A stretch of 64,000 nt of DNA, taken from assembly GCF_009914755.1 (NCBI RefSeq), contig NC_060946.1. The stretch is one strand, 5' to 3'. Origin of the DNA: the human T2T-CHM13v2.0 reference genome, Homo sapiens. Positions 45,221 through 60,650 of this stretch are shown here, piece by piece; the stretch's first letter is position 1; each line of letters opens with the position of its first letter. The position numbers and the translations under genes were made by a program. Below the pieces are notes generated by a model. The model had not been told where the DNA came from and made no database searches. It saw nothing but the letters and a program-made list of their open reading frames with translations.

Positions 45221-48123
45221 CAAGGGAATGGAATGGAAGGAGACATGGAAGGGAGGGGCCCTCTGCTGTCTTCAAGAAAGCTGCCAACCTGGGGGTATTC
45301 AGGATAAATTCACAGGTTACAACCTGAGAAGTAAAAAGAAAAAGAAAAAAAACATAAGGAATAAAAATTATCAGAGTTCTTGGAAATTTTTAAAATACCT
45401 GAGATATGTCTGAGTAGCAGAATGGCCAAACACTGAATCATTCGTCTAGATGCCTGGGTTGTGGAGTTTTACCAGAAGAGAGTGAGACAGAGGAGGAAAG
45501 AGATTAGAAGAAAGGAAATGCTCACAGATGGAAAGAAGAATGTTTCCCCGAATTGAGGAAAGTCGTGCATTTTTAGATTAAAAAGAGTCTATTTTGGGAC
45601 AAAAGAGATTAAGAAAAAAATGCAAGCACTTAGATACATTCTAAATAAAGAACTTCAAAAGTTAAGAAACTATCCCCAAATCTTTTATAGCGTGACACCA
45701 CCAAAAAGAGATTCCTAGTATGGAACAAGCTTCTTACTGGTGACAAATTTCTAATAGCCACATCACACCTTCAGAGAAAATGACTTCCAAGATCTGAAAA
45801 TATTTTGAGTCTGTAATTCTATGCCCAGACAAACTATTATTCAAATCGAGGAGCAAAATAACCAATTTTCATGCATAAAAAACCTCAGAAAATCAATTTA
45901 CAGTCTATGGGCTCTTTTGAAAAATAACTTGAATATACATCTAAACAAAACAGTAGTAAACAAACAAAAATCATGAGCCCAATAAGAATAAGGACCATGG
46001 GATGAAGAAGAATGACAAGAAAAGAAACAGCAGAATGTTGTAGTTAATTGTAAATTGATTTCTAGGTAAAATATATAAAACTAGGAACATATTTTTATAC
46101 TAAAAAGTAGGATCTTAACATGGCAGTGGTGAGAATTGGGCAGGAAAGGAGCGAGGAGAAAGTGAAAGTATGCTAAATGTCTAATTTTCTCCAGTAGAAG
46201 GAAAACTATTTATTATGACTTTTAGAAAAATGTTAGGCTGAATATATGTGCTAAAAAAATACGATGGTTTCTGACCAGCTATTGATCAATTGGATGTCTA
46301 CATCAAAAAAAAAAAAAAAAAAAAAAAAAGGATTTTAAGAACTACTTTGTACCATACTCAAAAAACAATTTGTTAGACTTGGAATCTAAATTTCAAAGTT
46401 AAAAATATATATCTTTTAGAATTAGCATGGTAAAATATCTTCATAAACTTTGAGTAGACAGAGTTAAGGGTAATCATTACGATCATATATAGAGAATTTA
46501 AAGAGGCACATTTAAAACAAAATGATATAAACAGAAGATATTTCAATGGAAAAATATATCCAGGAAAATATATGCATATGTTTTAAAATATAAAGCAGGT
46601 GTGTTAATATTAATGTCACACAAGGAAGACTTCAAGGCAAAGATCATAAAACACCAGTTTAGCAGTAATGTTTTATTTCTTTCATTAAAAATAGAAAGTT
46701 GAAAAGTATCATAAGCATTCAACTCAGTCAGTTAGCAGAACAAACATTAGTCTGAACACACACATACGCACACACCCCAAAACAAACAGAACAAAATTTA
46801 GAAAAATGGAAGTTGTGAAATTAAAAGCAGAAATTAATAAAATATGAAAAATAACAGAGAAAGCCCAGAAAGCTAAAAGAAGCTTATTTGAAATAATTGA
46901 TGAAATAGATATCACTCTGTGGAAAGCCGTGAATCCAAATGGGGAGAGATAACAAATACAACCTGTAAGAATGAACCCTCTCATAGGTACTGTGGACTTT
47001 CAAAATAGAAGAGAATACTGCCTTAGAGTCTATTTTGTGCCTATGGATTTAATATCTATGATGAAATGGAAATTTTATAGAAAACTTTAAAATACCAAAA
47101 TTTACTAGAGGAAAAACAAAATTTCAGGATAGACCTGTAACTATTTTATAAATTGTAGCATTACTCAAAAATCTTTTAATTCCCTTTCTCCCCAGCACCA
47201 AACACCAACAAGGCACCGCAAAGGGGATTTTGAGGGTAAATTTCTCAAAACCCTAAAGGGACAAATAATTCCTTTTCAACACAGAGGGAAATAATATCAG
47301 AAAGCTTTTCAGGCCTTTCTAGAAGATGATGTCCTTGACACCAAAACTGGACAAGGATAATACAAAAAATAAAATGCTACATTGATTTCTGTTGTGAAAG
47401 TTGATGCAAACATGGTAAAAATATAATAAATTGAATTCAGGACTATGTAAAATTTATATACATGTGTATGAATATATATAATTATATATATGAATATATA
47501 ATTATATATATTAGTATTTATTCCAAGTTTATTTTATGCAATGAGTTTATAACATTAGGAAAAATCCATTAATATAATTGATCATATTAAGAAATTAAGA
47601 AGAAAAAATACTTATCATCACAATTGACAAAAGAAGCATTTAATAAAAGATGTAACTCCATAGTATTTAAAGTGACTAATTCAACCAACCAATGCATAAT
47701 ATCAATATCTTAATATTTTAGCAGATTGGGAATATGACATAAGGACCCTGAATACAAAAAAGTGTTTGTAACCACCCAGATATCATGTCAATGGTGAAAC
47801 TCCAGGTCAGTTGTTTTCAAAGGCAGAGGCAAGATAAAAGATTTTCTCTCAACACTCTCTTGAAGAAAGAGGGTAGGGTGGATGGTTTATGAATCCCAGA
47901 GAGGAGGAAACCAATTTGCTATTATTTGCAGATTATATGAATGTTTATATAGAGTAGGTTTACATAGAAAAGGAAAGTTCACTGAGATTTCTAGGTACAA
48001 GATCTAGCAACATGCACAAACCAATATTGTTTATGTATAACAGCTTCAAACAATTAGAAATTGTAATAACCATTATGAAAGTGATGAAAATTGTATTGCT
48101 TAGTATTCTACCAAAATTATTAA

Positions 48124-48425
<302 letters not shown>

Positions 48426-48574
48426 TAAGTAATTTTTAAAGAAAATAATGAACTTCCATTGAGAAACTTAGAGGAGAACTTAAAGAAATTACAGACATAC
48501 ACTCTGTTTTCCCAATGTTTTAACTATGAGAATTCTCCCCAAGTGGAAATATCAACTCAATTATATGTGGTTGA

Positions 48575-49085
48575 GAGATATGCCGTACATACACCGTAGG
48601 ATTCTATAGTGTATATGGAATAGGATGTGTTCTCATTTATTTTTATGGCTGCGAGTAGTCCATGGCATAGTATAAATACGATGGTGTATATTCTATATAC
48701 ATCATGGAATACTCTGCAGCCATAAAAAGGAATGAGATCATGTCCTTTGCAGGGATATGGATGGAGCTGGAGGCCATTATCCTTAGCAAACTAATGCAAG
48801 AACAGAAAACCAAATGCCAAATGTTTTCACTTATAAGTGGTAGCTAAATAATGAGAATACATGGACACAAACAGGGGAACAACAGACACTGGGCCCTACT
48901 TGTGGATGGAGGGTCGGGGGAGGGAGAGGAGCACAAAAATAACTATTGGGTGCTAGGCTTACTACCTGGATGACGAAAGAATCTGTACAACAAACCCCAT
49001 GACAGGAGTTCACCCATATAACAAACCTGCACATGTACCCCTGAACCTAAAATACAAGTTAAAGAATAAAAACCAAAAAAACAAA
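48575..49085 (+). mobile_element. 5'-truncated L1PA15/16-like 3' end with a rearranged 5' junction
   Basis: GCAGCCATAAAAAGGAATGAGATCATGTCCTTTGCAGGG..AACAAACCTGCACATGTACCCCTGAACCTAAAAT. Confidence 0.9.
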
Positions 49086-50347
49086 ATTGTAACAGAATTT
49101 TTCACATCAGAGGACAAGTTGATTCTAGTATCTGAACAGACTAAATGACTAGAAAAAGCCAGGTCAAAATTAAAAAAATAAGCATAAAAAGGAAGGAGAT
49201 TTGTCCTACTAAAATAAATATTTCCTTACAAGTTTCAGGAAATAAACAGCATGGTATCATTGCTGGTGTGGACAACGGATCCACTGATGCCGTCATCAAA
49301 GACGCATCAAACACGCAAAGCAACACCACACACCAGAGGCCTGCTATTAGCAACTGGCTTTCCCTATAGAACAAAAAGAAATTATTCTGGCAGGAAAAGC
49401 TGCTCTGAAATGCCATGAAGTGATAAATAGCCGTTATTTATCCTGCGTGTTGGGGCCACTGATGTGTTTTGCTGCAGGTGCATTAGATGCGGACGGAGGG
49501 GAGTTTGCCTGATGCAGTTGAGGACCTTGCGGGGCGATTGCACCTGTTTCCTTTTGCAGAAGACTGACTCTGAGATGCATCTGGTCCAGGTGTTCAGGTG
49601 GGAGGTTGTGGATGGATGTGCACGAGGGCCTTAGGTGCCAGGAGAATGAATGCTGATGCTTGCAGTTGTGCATCTTGAGAAGGGGCCGTGGCCAGCTCAC
49701 TTTTCGTGTTTCTGTTCTGAAAAACCAGCCTTGAGAAAATACTTTGCCTCTATGACATCAGACCACTGCCGCAGAGCTTGGGGATTCTTGAAGCAGAGAT
49801 GCAAAATATGTTTCAAAATATCCAGAGAGGGACCTGCTGGAGTGCCCTGCTGCTCTGGATGGTGTCCTTTCCGCAGGCTGAGATCTGTGGCCTGAAGCAC
49901 CTTGTCCTGAGAGAGGAGTGGCTCCTCTGGCTCCCCCGGTTCTGTGGCTTAAGTCTGCGGGGTCCCAAGCGGGTGCCCATCTCGGAGAGGTCGGCATTGC
50001 ATCTTTGCAGATGGAAGGAAGCCCCCTGGAGTGGCAAGTCGGGCCGAGCATCTGGGTGGATGCTTTCTCTAGGGCTCTGGGATTGGAAATGGACCCGTCC
50101 AATGTCGGTGCTGTGTCCCCTTGCCCATCTCCCCATCAGCACCTGTGTTGTGCCTGCCTGGCTCCCACCTCCTGCTCCCAGTCCACACCTTTCCCTTCCT
50201 CCCTCCCTTCACACCTTGGCTGTTCCCAAGGCTTTCCCACTTGCTCCTTCCTTATGGTGAAATTCACAGTTGTCATCCTTGCTCAGAGTTCCTCAGAGCC
50301 ACTAGCCCAGGTCCAGTCACTGGTTTCAGCCACCTTTGCAGAAATCA

Positions 50348-50714
<367 letters not shown>

Positions 50715-53700
50715 CTAGATGTAAAATCAACCTCGTGTTCTTGATTTCACCAGTAATTCATAACCACAACTGTTGTGTCTTGAACACTTACTATGCTTGG
50801 CATACTTATAATTTTTATTTCACTTTATCCTCAAATTTAAGATGAAGTTTCTCCTACTGACTCCATTAAATGCATGCCAGGATCAAGGATTCTAGAGCTG
50901 TAGGGACTTGTCCAAGTCACACGTTGTGGGCAGCAAAGCCAGTGTGTGAGTCAGAGCCTGAGCCTGGAAGCCAGAAACTCTAGGCTGAGGAGTCTCTCTG
51001 TCACCCGTGCCTGCCCAGGTGGCAGGATCCTGCTTGTGACCTCTCACCCTGAGCTGCAGACCTTCTGTTTCGTGATCCGCCTGCCTGGACTATCACTGCC
51101 GGTCATCACGGCAGGTGTTCCATGCTGCCCATGCCTGGCCGGCCTCAGTCCCTGCCGGGGAGGTCACTGAGTGTCCATTGCATCCTGGGGGTACATGGAC
51201 TCCCTGCCATGGTCTTTCTCGTCTGCCTGTTCTTGAGTCTTCTGAGCTTGTAGGTGGGGGGCGTGTGGAGTAGAGCTGCAACAGCAGCCTTTGTAGAATG
51301 CTCACTGCACACCAGGCATGGTTCTGGGAGGCCCATTTCCATCCATTTGATGAGTTTGTTTCTGCAATAGTGCCAAGCACAGTAGAAGGCAAATACTCAG
51401 TGGCTCATGAAGACATCTAGAAGTATTTCTGTTGCTTCCAAACACAAAGTATCCTCTGAGCTATGCACAGTGGTGGGTGGTGCCATTCACGGACCCTGTG
51501 TTCTCTCTGAGCAGAGCTTCCTCTGTGGAGGAGGTGATAATGGGGTCACATAAATTCCTTCACAGGTGACAAGAGCCAGCAAGGCTCTCCATGTGAAGCC
51601 CGTGAGGACACGGGATCCCTGAGGCCAAGGCCAAGTCTGATGTCCCTGAGGCCGGGCCGATGGTGGGCATGTGTGCTGAATAAATAAAGAGTGCTGCTAA
51701 GTGCTAAGATGAGGGCATGAGAAGGGCTTCCCCTTAGCTAGAGTCTGAGGGCCAGTGAGGACTCACAGGTGACCCCTCCTGGCGATCAGGCCTTGTGTCC
51801 CATGCCGCTCTCTTCCATAGGGTGACAGCTTCAACAGCGTCTCCATTCCCCCTGGGCCTGTCTCCTGTGAGCCTCCTGGCTCACAGCTCCTGGTTGGCTC
51901 CCTACCCCCTCCCAGGCAGCACAGTCCAGCTGTGGACAGTCCAGTACAGTCCAGCGTCACCACATGGACACTGAGGGTGGTGTCCCTGGACCCAATGTCT
52001 GGGCAGTGATAGGATGCAGACCACACCAAGAGAAGCCCGGGGTCCCACCAGCTGAGGGGTGGTTAATGGGGGTCCACTCCACAGCTGCAGCCTGGAGACC
52101 CCCACTTGCCAGCCTGGTGCTGTCAGCAGTTCTGGGACAGGTCCACTGTGGATAGACAGGGAAGGAGAGAGGGCTCAGGTGCCCTCTGCAGAGCATTCAG
52201 GGTAAGCGAGGTCTTGAGGGACTGGCCAACTTTGGAGATGGGATAACGAGGGATGGACGCTTCTCCCAGCAGGGGAGCATGGCCGCCATGGCCCCTTCTT
52301 TGCTGGAAGGGCCTGATTTACTTTGGATTTCACCCTTCTGTGCATCCAGGAAGGGCCGCGCCCAGTCTTGGGAACTGAGGGGTCAGAGCAGTTATGCCCA
52401 GTGTTCATGGGGACACAGGGCATGGTCCCACGTGGGCAACTGCAGGCAGAGGCTGATGGTGTAATGGCGTGTGTGGGAGGATGCACCTCTCTCTGTGTTG
52501 GGGCTCACATGTTTCCTTGGACTCCAGCACTGCTGAGGCCACCCGGGGACCATCCAGAAAGATGAATAGACACTCTCAGGCCCTTGATGGCTCTGTTGTG
52601 TGGCCCAGGTAACCCATCCTCCCTCTGGGCTTTCCTCCAGTTTGGCTGAGGTGGGGGTGGGGCTGGACAGAGGGGAGCTGCTGGGACTTGGGGCCATCAG
52701 TGCCAGGCCAAGGGGAGCAGCCTCATGAAGAAAGCACCAGAAAGCAGGAGTTGGGCACATAGGCAGCGTGTCCCACCTGCAGGAGAGGCCTAGAGAGGTG
52801 GTCAGAGCTGGGGGCCAGCTTGCCGCACTGACCCAAGGCTCAGCTATCAGGAATCAGGAGGGAAGCAGTCCTTTCCACTCACTGGCCACACTTTCTGTAA
52901 TTCCAGCTGTGAATGGTTGGGGCCTGGGCTTAGTCTAGGCCACCAGGAAGAATATGACGTGGTACCTGAGGGCCTGCCTGCAGGATGCCTTTTGGTTCAC
53001 GAGAAAAAATGATGGGGTCTAAGCCAATGAGAGCATGTACCTATGTGTTGTGAGTTGATGTTCCAGCCACAGAGCTAGGAAGGAGTTGGATTAAGTCCCT
53101 GGAGCAGGAATGGCTTCCTAGAGGAGGCCAGTATAGCAGTGGGAGAACCCAGTGGTACATTTTCTCATTGTTAAGGGTGAAGGGTACATCGGAGGAGAGA
53201 CCTCTCCATAAAAATATCCATGCAGCAAAAAGTGGTCCAAAGCACCTGCTCTCTGTTTAGGCAAGCATACCTGAAAGAGGTGGCACAGTCCTCTCAGGGC
53301 AGTGGAGGGATGGGGGCTCCCCCAGCAAGAGGATCTGGCAAGATACACAGCTCTGGTGACCCATGGGCAGCTGCTAGGGAGCCTTCTCTCCACCCTGAAA
53401 ATAGCTTCTGGCTGCTGGGTGAACTATGGAGAGAAAGCGTTTTATTATTTTTCCTAGCCCTGTAATGCATTGCTTCACTGTCAGCTTAGCAGGGAGAGGA
53501 GAGCAGCCAGGATCACATTGACCTCAGCTCCCAGGATGCAGGATACTAAATCAATCAAACTAGATTAAAAGCTTTGGACATATCTTGAACTCAGGGTTGG
53601 GAGGCAACCCTTTCTTCTTATTCCAGCTGCTTCCCGGGAGGATGCCCAGCATGCGGGGATCTGCAAGGGCTCAGTGCTTTGAATTATTTAAAGATGGAGC

Positions 53701-54149
53701 AGGGCTGGGATATGGGAAAGTATCCTGACTTAGAGCTGCAGTGCGTTCTGCCACAGAGAGCCATGGGGATGCCCTGCTGATGGTGAAGACAAAGTGCAGG
53801 CGGAAGACAAAGTCCAGGCAGACTTGGTTGTCACCATAGTGGATTTCCCAGTTTAAGAGACTCTATTCTGCAGCCAAGGGGCTGCTGCCTTTTGTATCCA
53901 CCCCTCCTCCCCAAACCAAGACCAAGAAATACTCCTTCTACCTGGTCTTTGAGGCAGCCCTGCCCCTTTAGAGGAGACGGAAGATTGGTCAGAAGCTGTG
54001 GGTTCAAATCCCAGCCCCACTCCTGAAGCTGGGCAACACCGGGAAGCTGATTGAACTCTCTGGGATCTCCCTCCACTGTGAATGATGTTCATTCTTACCA
54101 GCTTTATGGGTCCAAGTCATTCCAGGCACTATCCTGGGCTTTATCCTCC

Positions 54150-54660
54150 CACTTGTGAATAAAGCACATTCATTGAGCGCCTGCTATCTTACAGGTTTAC
54201 ATCAGGAAAACAAAACAGATGACATCCATGGGCTCTCAAGGAAATTGCAATATAATGACAAATTTCTCTCAACTGTTTGGCTTCTCTGGAGGAAATACGC
54301 AGGATATGCAGTAAGAAGTGAGATGGGATCGTCAGGTAAGGCTGCCTGGAGGAGGTGGCATGGAAGCCAAGGCTGTAGAGCAAGTTGACTAGGCATTGCA
54401 CAGGGGGAACTGCATCCTTGGTAGAGGGAAAGGAATGTGTAAGCCTTGAGGTAGGCACCAGCTCTCTGGTTAGAGGAAGAGACGGTAGGCCCTCTCCAGG
54501 GCAGCTTGAGCTTAGGGAAGGAAGATAAGTATCATGACAAGAGGACGGATGGGCCTAGATCTCACAGGATTTGTGGGTCAGGCTTGGATTGGCTTATTCT
54601 AGGGCTAATGCAAAGCCAGGGCTGAGGTTTCCGGTGGTGATGACCTGCACTGTGATGGGA
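54150..54660 (-). mobile_element. L2 3'-end fragment
   Basis: CATTCATTGAGCGCCTGCTAT..AAAACAGA..; GGCTGCCTGGAGGAGGTGGCA. Confidence 0.55.
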
Positions 54661-54789
54661 CCTTTTGGCTGCTTCTGGTGCAGGCAATTGTCAGCCTTCA
54701 CCTTTGCCCCATCAGCTTTGCCAGAAGTTTGGCCAACTTCCCTGAAAGGCCTTTTCTAACCATCTCAGTTAAATTGCAGTCTGCATTTC

Positions 54790-57540
54790 ATAATCATAAA
54801 GAGGTCAATTATCTAAGAAGACAGAGCAATACTTAATGTGCATGCACCTAACAACAAAGCATCATAACACGTGAGGCCAAAAACGATAGACCCGTGAAGA
54901 GATGCATCCACTACTGTAGTAGGAGACTTAAAATCCCTCAGTCAGCACAGGACAGATGTAGCAGGCAGAAAATCAGTAAGGATGTGGTTGAACTCAATGG
55001 TACCATCAATCAAGTGGATATAATCAATACCAATAGATGACTTCATTTAACAATAACAGAGTACATATCCTTCTCAAGATCACATGGAACATTCACCAAA
55101 ATGGATGAAAGTCTCGGCCATAAAACACATTTAACACATTTAAAAGAATAGAAATCATACAGTGTGTGCCTTTAGGCCACAGTGCAATTAAACTGGAAAT
55201 CAATAACAGAAAGCTGGAAAATTCCAAAGTACTTGCAGATTAAACAACACACTTGTAAATAACACATGGGTCAAAGAAGAAATCTCAAGAGGAATTTTAA
55301 ACATATTTGGAACTGAATAAAAATGAAAAGATAACATCACAATTTGTGAGATGCAGCAAAAGAAATATTTAGAGGAAAATTTATAGCTTTGAATGTATAC
55401 ATTAGAAAAGATGAAAAATCTAAAATCAATCACCTTAGATGTATATATTAGATTGGATGTAATTTCCAAAGCATAGGAAAATAAATAAAAATTGGAACAA
55501 AAATAAATAAAATTGAAAATCAGAAATGGACAAAACCAAAAGCTGGCTTTTGAAAAGATCAACAAAATTGATAAGCCTCTAGCCAAGCTAACTAAAAAAA
55601 GAGAGAACACAAATTACTTTAATGAGAAATGAAAGAGGGAACATCACTACCGATCTTATGAACATTAACAGGATAGTAAAGGAAACTATGAACAACTGTA
55701 TGCCTCCAAATTTAATAACATAGATTAAATGGACCAATTCCTTAAAAGACACAATCTGGCAAAATTCACGCAAGAAGAAATAGACAATCTGAAAGCCATC
55801 TATCTATCAACAAAATTGAATCAATAATTAATAACCTTCAAAAAGAGAAAGCACTAGGCCCAGATGGGTTTATTGGTGAAATCTACCAAATATTTAAGGA
55901 AAACATTACACCAAATATCTACAATTCCTTACAGAGAATAGAAGCAGAGGGAATTCTTCCTCTCATTCTATTAGGTCAGTCTTACCTTAATACCCAAACC
56001 AGACAAAGATATTTTTTAAAAAAAGACAACAGACCAATATCTCTCATGAGTATAGATTCAAAACTCCTCAATCAAATATTAGCAAATTGAGTCATGAATA
56101 GAAAAATACATAAAAATAATTATATATTGTGACCAAATAAGACTTATATTAGGTATGCAAGGCTGGTTGAACATTTGAAAATCAATTAATATAATCAATC
56201 ATAATGGTAGGCCAAAGAAGGAAAATCAAGTGATCACATGAAAAATTGCAGAAGTACTTGATATTGTAAAACTCAACACCCATTCATTATAAAAACTCCT
56301 AGCAAACTTAGGGCAGAGAGTAACTTCCTCAAATGGATAAAGAACATCTGCAACATACCTACAGCTAATATGATATTTCATAGGTGAGAAACTGGAAGAT
56401 TTTCTGCTAAGACAAGAAACAAGGAAAAGATGTTCCCTCACCACTGCTTTCAACATTATACCAGAATTTCTAGCTATTGTGATAAGACAATAAAATAAAA
56501 TAAAACGTATATGGATTGGAAAGGAAGAAATAAAACTGTCTTTATTCACAATTGACATAAACATCTATGTAGAAATCCAAAAGAATGCACTGAAATACAA
56601 ACCCTGAAATTAATAAGCAATTATAGCAAGGTTGTTGGTTATACAGTTAATATAAAATGTTTGCGACTTTTCTATTTATCAGCAAAGAACAAATGGAATA
56701 TGAAATAAAAACAAAACACCATTTACATTAGCCTTCCCCAAATGAATTACTTATACATACATCAAACGAAATATGTACAAAATGTACATGAGAAAAATTA
56801 TAAAACTGTGATAAAATAAAGAAATAACTACATGGGGAACTATTCAATGTTTATTATTAGGAAGACTTGATATTATCAAGACATCAGTTCTTCTCAACTC
56901 GATCTTCTCAATGCAATCTCAATCAAAATACCAGCAGCTTATTTTGTAGGTATCAGCAAAGTGATTCTCAGGTTTATTTGGAGAGGCAAAATACCCAGAG
57001 GAGCCAGCTCAATATTGAAAAAGAACAGAGTTGGAGGATTGACTCTACCCGACTTCAAGACTTACTATTAAGCATAGTAATCAAGACAGTATGGTACTGG
57101 TGAAAGAACAGGCAAATAAACCAACAGAACAGGGTAGAAAGCCCAGAAAAAGACCCAAATAAATATAGTCAACTGATCTTTAAGAAAGGATTAAGGGCAA
57201 TACAGTGGACCCAAAATAGCCTTTTCAACAAATGGCTCTACAACACTTGGACATCCACATGTAACAAAATGAATTTAGACACAGACTTTACACCCAGCCT
57301 AAAAATTAACTCAACATGTATTATACATTTACATTTAGGCTAATATGATACTAAATGTTGAGAAACTATAAGTGTAAATATAAAATGTAAAATGAAAATC
57401 TAGAAAAATCCCAGAAGATAAGAGAAAATCCAGATGACCTTGGGTGTGGTGATGACTTTTTAGACACAACAGAAAAAACATGATCCATGAAAAAAGTAAT
57501 TGATACGTTGGACTTCATTAAAATTAAAAACTCTCTCTAT
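54790..57540 (+). mobile_element. L1M ORF2 segment truncated at both ends
   Basis: continuous ORF2-like text (GCAGAAAATCAGTAAGGAT, GGCCCAGATGG, ATGCAAGGCTGGTT, GTAATCAAGACAGTATGGTACTGG); no 3'UTR or poly-A. Confidence 0.9.
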
Positions 57541-58979
57541 GCCCTCTTCCTTGGTGGACTCACCCTGAGCTTCTGTCTTAGTCCCTGGCTCCTGGTTGGG
57601 CCCCATGGCCCTGCCTGAGTCCTTGTGCTGTGGGAGGCTGCACTCTGCCAGGGTGGGGGCCGCACACCCCTCTGGCTGGCCCCTGCTTCTCATCCTCCCC
57701 ATCCCTGGCCAACTGTAGCTTCTGGAGACAGCATGGCTGCCTGCGCAGTCATCAGCTACACAGATCCTCAGCTGAACACTAGGACTTCACGCGGCAGTCC
57801 AGCTTTTCCCTACTGCTGGCTCTCTCCTGATTGGCAATGCCCGACTGCTGGACCGGAGGTGCTGGGTCCCAGGCATGAGTTAAACCATGTGCCCTTTGGG
57901 TTCCTCAGACTGTTCCAGGCAGGGGCATGGGCCTTACCCTCCTCCCTGTCTCCCAAGTCTCCTGCCCCCTTGCCTGGCACACACAATGCCACCCTTTCCT
58001 GCCCCTGCCCTGCCTTGTCTGCACCTTCTCTGGGTTGCAGCAGCAGAGAGACCTGTGCACCTGCCCCTCCAGGTATGGGGCCTCCCAGCTCAACATGTAG
58101 CCCTTTCCTTGGAAACCCAACTAACTGGTGAGTGCACGTCCTCAACTCCCCAGGCACCCTCCCTCTGGCCTGCAGACACAATTGTTCTTGCCACATCAGA
58201 TCCCAGCGGGCTCCTTGGTGCTCAGTGCTGCGGCTGCCACGGGGCTGTGCATGCCCTGCCTGGCCCTCCTCTTAGGAAGACAAAGAGAACTGCAGGCTTG
58301 GGAGAGCCTTTTACATGACTCGGTGGGTTCTTCCTGTTTCCCTTCACAACTAAAGCCATAGGATTGAATGTTTCTCAAGAAAAGAGCGTAAATCAGGGTG
58401 TACAATTGCTGAATTGCCTGTTTCCAAGTGGAAGGGATAGAGCCGTGGGTGCTAAGAGACGAGAACTTTATCCTAGTCTTACCTCCCTGGAGTGACCTCG
58501 GCAAGGGAATTAGCTCCTAACTGTGGTTTCCTGAGGGTGGAAGCACAGCGTGGCTCGTTGTTGCTAAGTGCTTTTCCTGTGGTAACGAGTGTGGTCATTG
58601 TGATTTATTGGCGTGGCTGAGTGTTGGCTCTGACTTTGTCTTCCCTGTGCTAGTCATCTGGGGACAGAGGCCCGTTTGGCCACTGGGGGGTCTTTGTGGA
58701 GACGGCCCACCAGCATCCCGGGACAGAGGCTGCTCTGGCCCCCCTGAACGCGTGTTTCCCACGCTGTCCTGCAGGTGGGTAGGTCTGCGGCTTCCACGCG
58801 CTCCCAAGCTCCAGCATGGTCTCTGGCACAGAGCAGGGCCCTGAAGCTTTGGGATCGTTCAGCTATTCCATCCTAATCCTAGAGGCAGCATGTCCTGGAG
58901 GAAATAAATCAGGCTCAGGACAAGAGCCTCTGACCTCAAAGTCCTGCCCTACCATTTCCAAGCCTCTACCTTGATCCTG

Positions 58980-59310
<331 letters not shown>

Positions 59311-59369
59311 CTCCTTTAGTTATGTTTTTTAATGTATAAAATCAGGATGATCATAATTCTGGGTAGAGT

Positions 59370-59864
59370 TGTAACCACACCCAAGTTTGGCCACTCACCA
59401 CTCAAAAGCCAAACATGGGAGACTGGGTTGTGGGAGGAAAAGCAGTTTTGTTTGGAAAGCCAGCAAACCTGAGAAGATGGTGAACTAGTATTCTAGAGAA
59501 ACATCTTCAATTGTTCAGGCTGGCTGGAGGATTTTTCTGGAAGGGAGATGTGGGGAAGAAGAGAGGGGTGGTATCAAGAGGTGACCAAGGACCACAGAGA
59601 TCTGGTGCCAGCGAGGGGCCGAGGAGGATGGGAACTTCTTTGTCCTTGCGTCAAGATGCTTCTGTGAATCTTAAACAAAACATAGTTAGTTGTTTATAGA
59701 CTTTCCCTTTACTTAGTTTTGAAAACTACACGATTGTGGTTTTTGCATTATTATCTCAGTGCTCTAAAATTATCCTATCCTATCCTACGTGCAAAAATGA
59801 GTAAAGACCCCTTCAACAAAAATTGAGTGAGTGCTGTGAGTTCTTTTGCTGTTTCACTGTTGCA
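59370..59864 (-). mobile_element. Solo ERV1 (MER4-group) LTR inside a MIR
   Basis: TGTAAC...GTTGCA inverted termini; 4-bp TSD GAGT/GAAT; subfamily not determined. Confidence 0.7.
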
Positions 59865-60479
59865 GAATGACTGGATATTACAGATGTTTGCAAAATGCCT
59901 TGAACATATTAGAAGTTCCCTAAAAAGCCGTCCTTATTATTGTTGTTTGTTTGGCACTTTCTGGCTGAGTTTTATTTCAACAAATTTCTAATGGCAAACT
60001 ATTTTTATGTTCAAACACTGAAAGCACAATGTAACAAAACGGCGATGTTCTATAGACTTTGGTGTGTACGTGCAGCGACTGGAGACAATAGATATATTTT
60101 CTTGCTTTTAAAAGGAGTTGTGTGCTTTAATTAAGAAAAAGAGAAAGTTTTCTCTTAGCATATTAATTATCTCGCTTGTCATATCAGGTATTTGTTCCGG
60201 ATGACAGGTCATAATTAGTGCACAGAACAGACTGAAACTCCCAACGAGAAGACAGGTGTCTTGGGGAGCTGGGACTGATGGCGTTCTCTGGCGTTTCACC
60301 AGGCGCGGGAAGGGCATGCCTGGAAGCAGGGTCTCTTTGGGGTCAGATGTAGGGAAGAAAAAGCAATTCATCACTGCCTCTCTGAGGGCCCCTAAGATAC
60401 TGTGCCTTTTCCTTAACCCTCCCTGGGACAGTTACTCTTTCACACAGCTTTGAGGCCATGCAACAGATAAGAACGGTAG

Positions 60480-60650
60480 AAAAAGTCAGCACTTTGGTTC
60501 CATTCCCAGATCTGCCAATGACGATGCCAGTGACCTTGGGCAAGTTACTCAGGAGCTCTGTGTCTCTCCTGCCACAGTGCGGTGGATTGACCGGGATGGG
60601 GGCACAGGGTGCCAGGCACAGTGTCGGCTGCACGGTAGGAACTTCATAAT
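60480..60650 (+). mobile_element. MIR
   Basis: GTGACCTTGGGCAAGTTACT..CTCTGTGTCTC; GCCAGGCACAGTG. Confidence 0.6.

Noticed and set aside
57625-58131. ORF with a good Kozak ATG (CAGCATGG) and a downstream GTGAGT donor
   Set aside because: No recognisable protein and no partner exons; expected by chance in GC-rich DNA.
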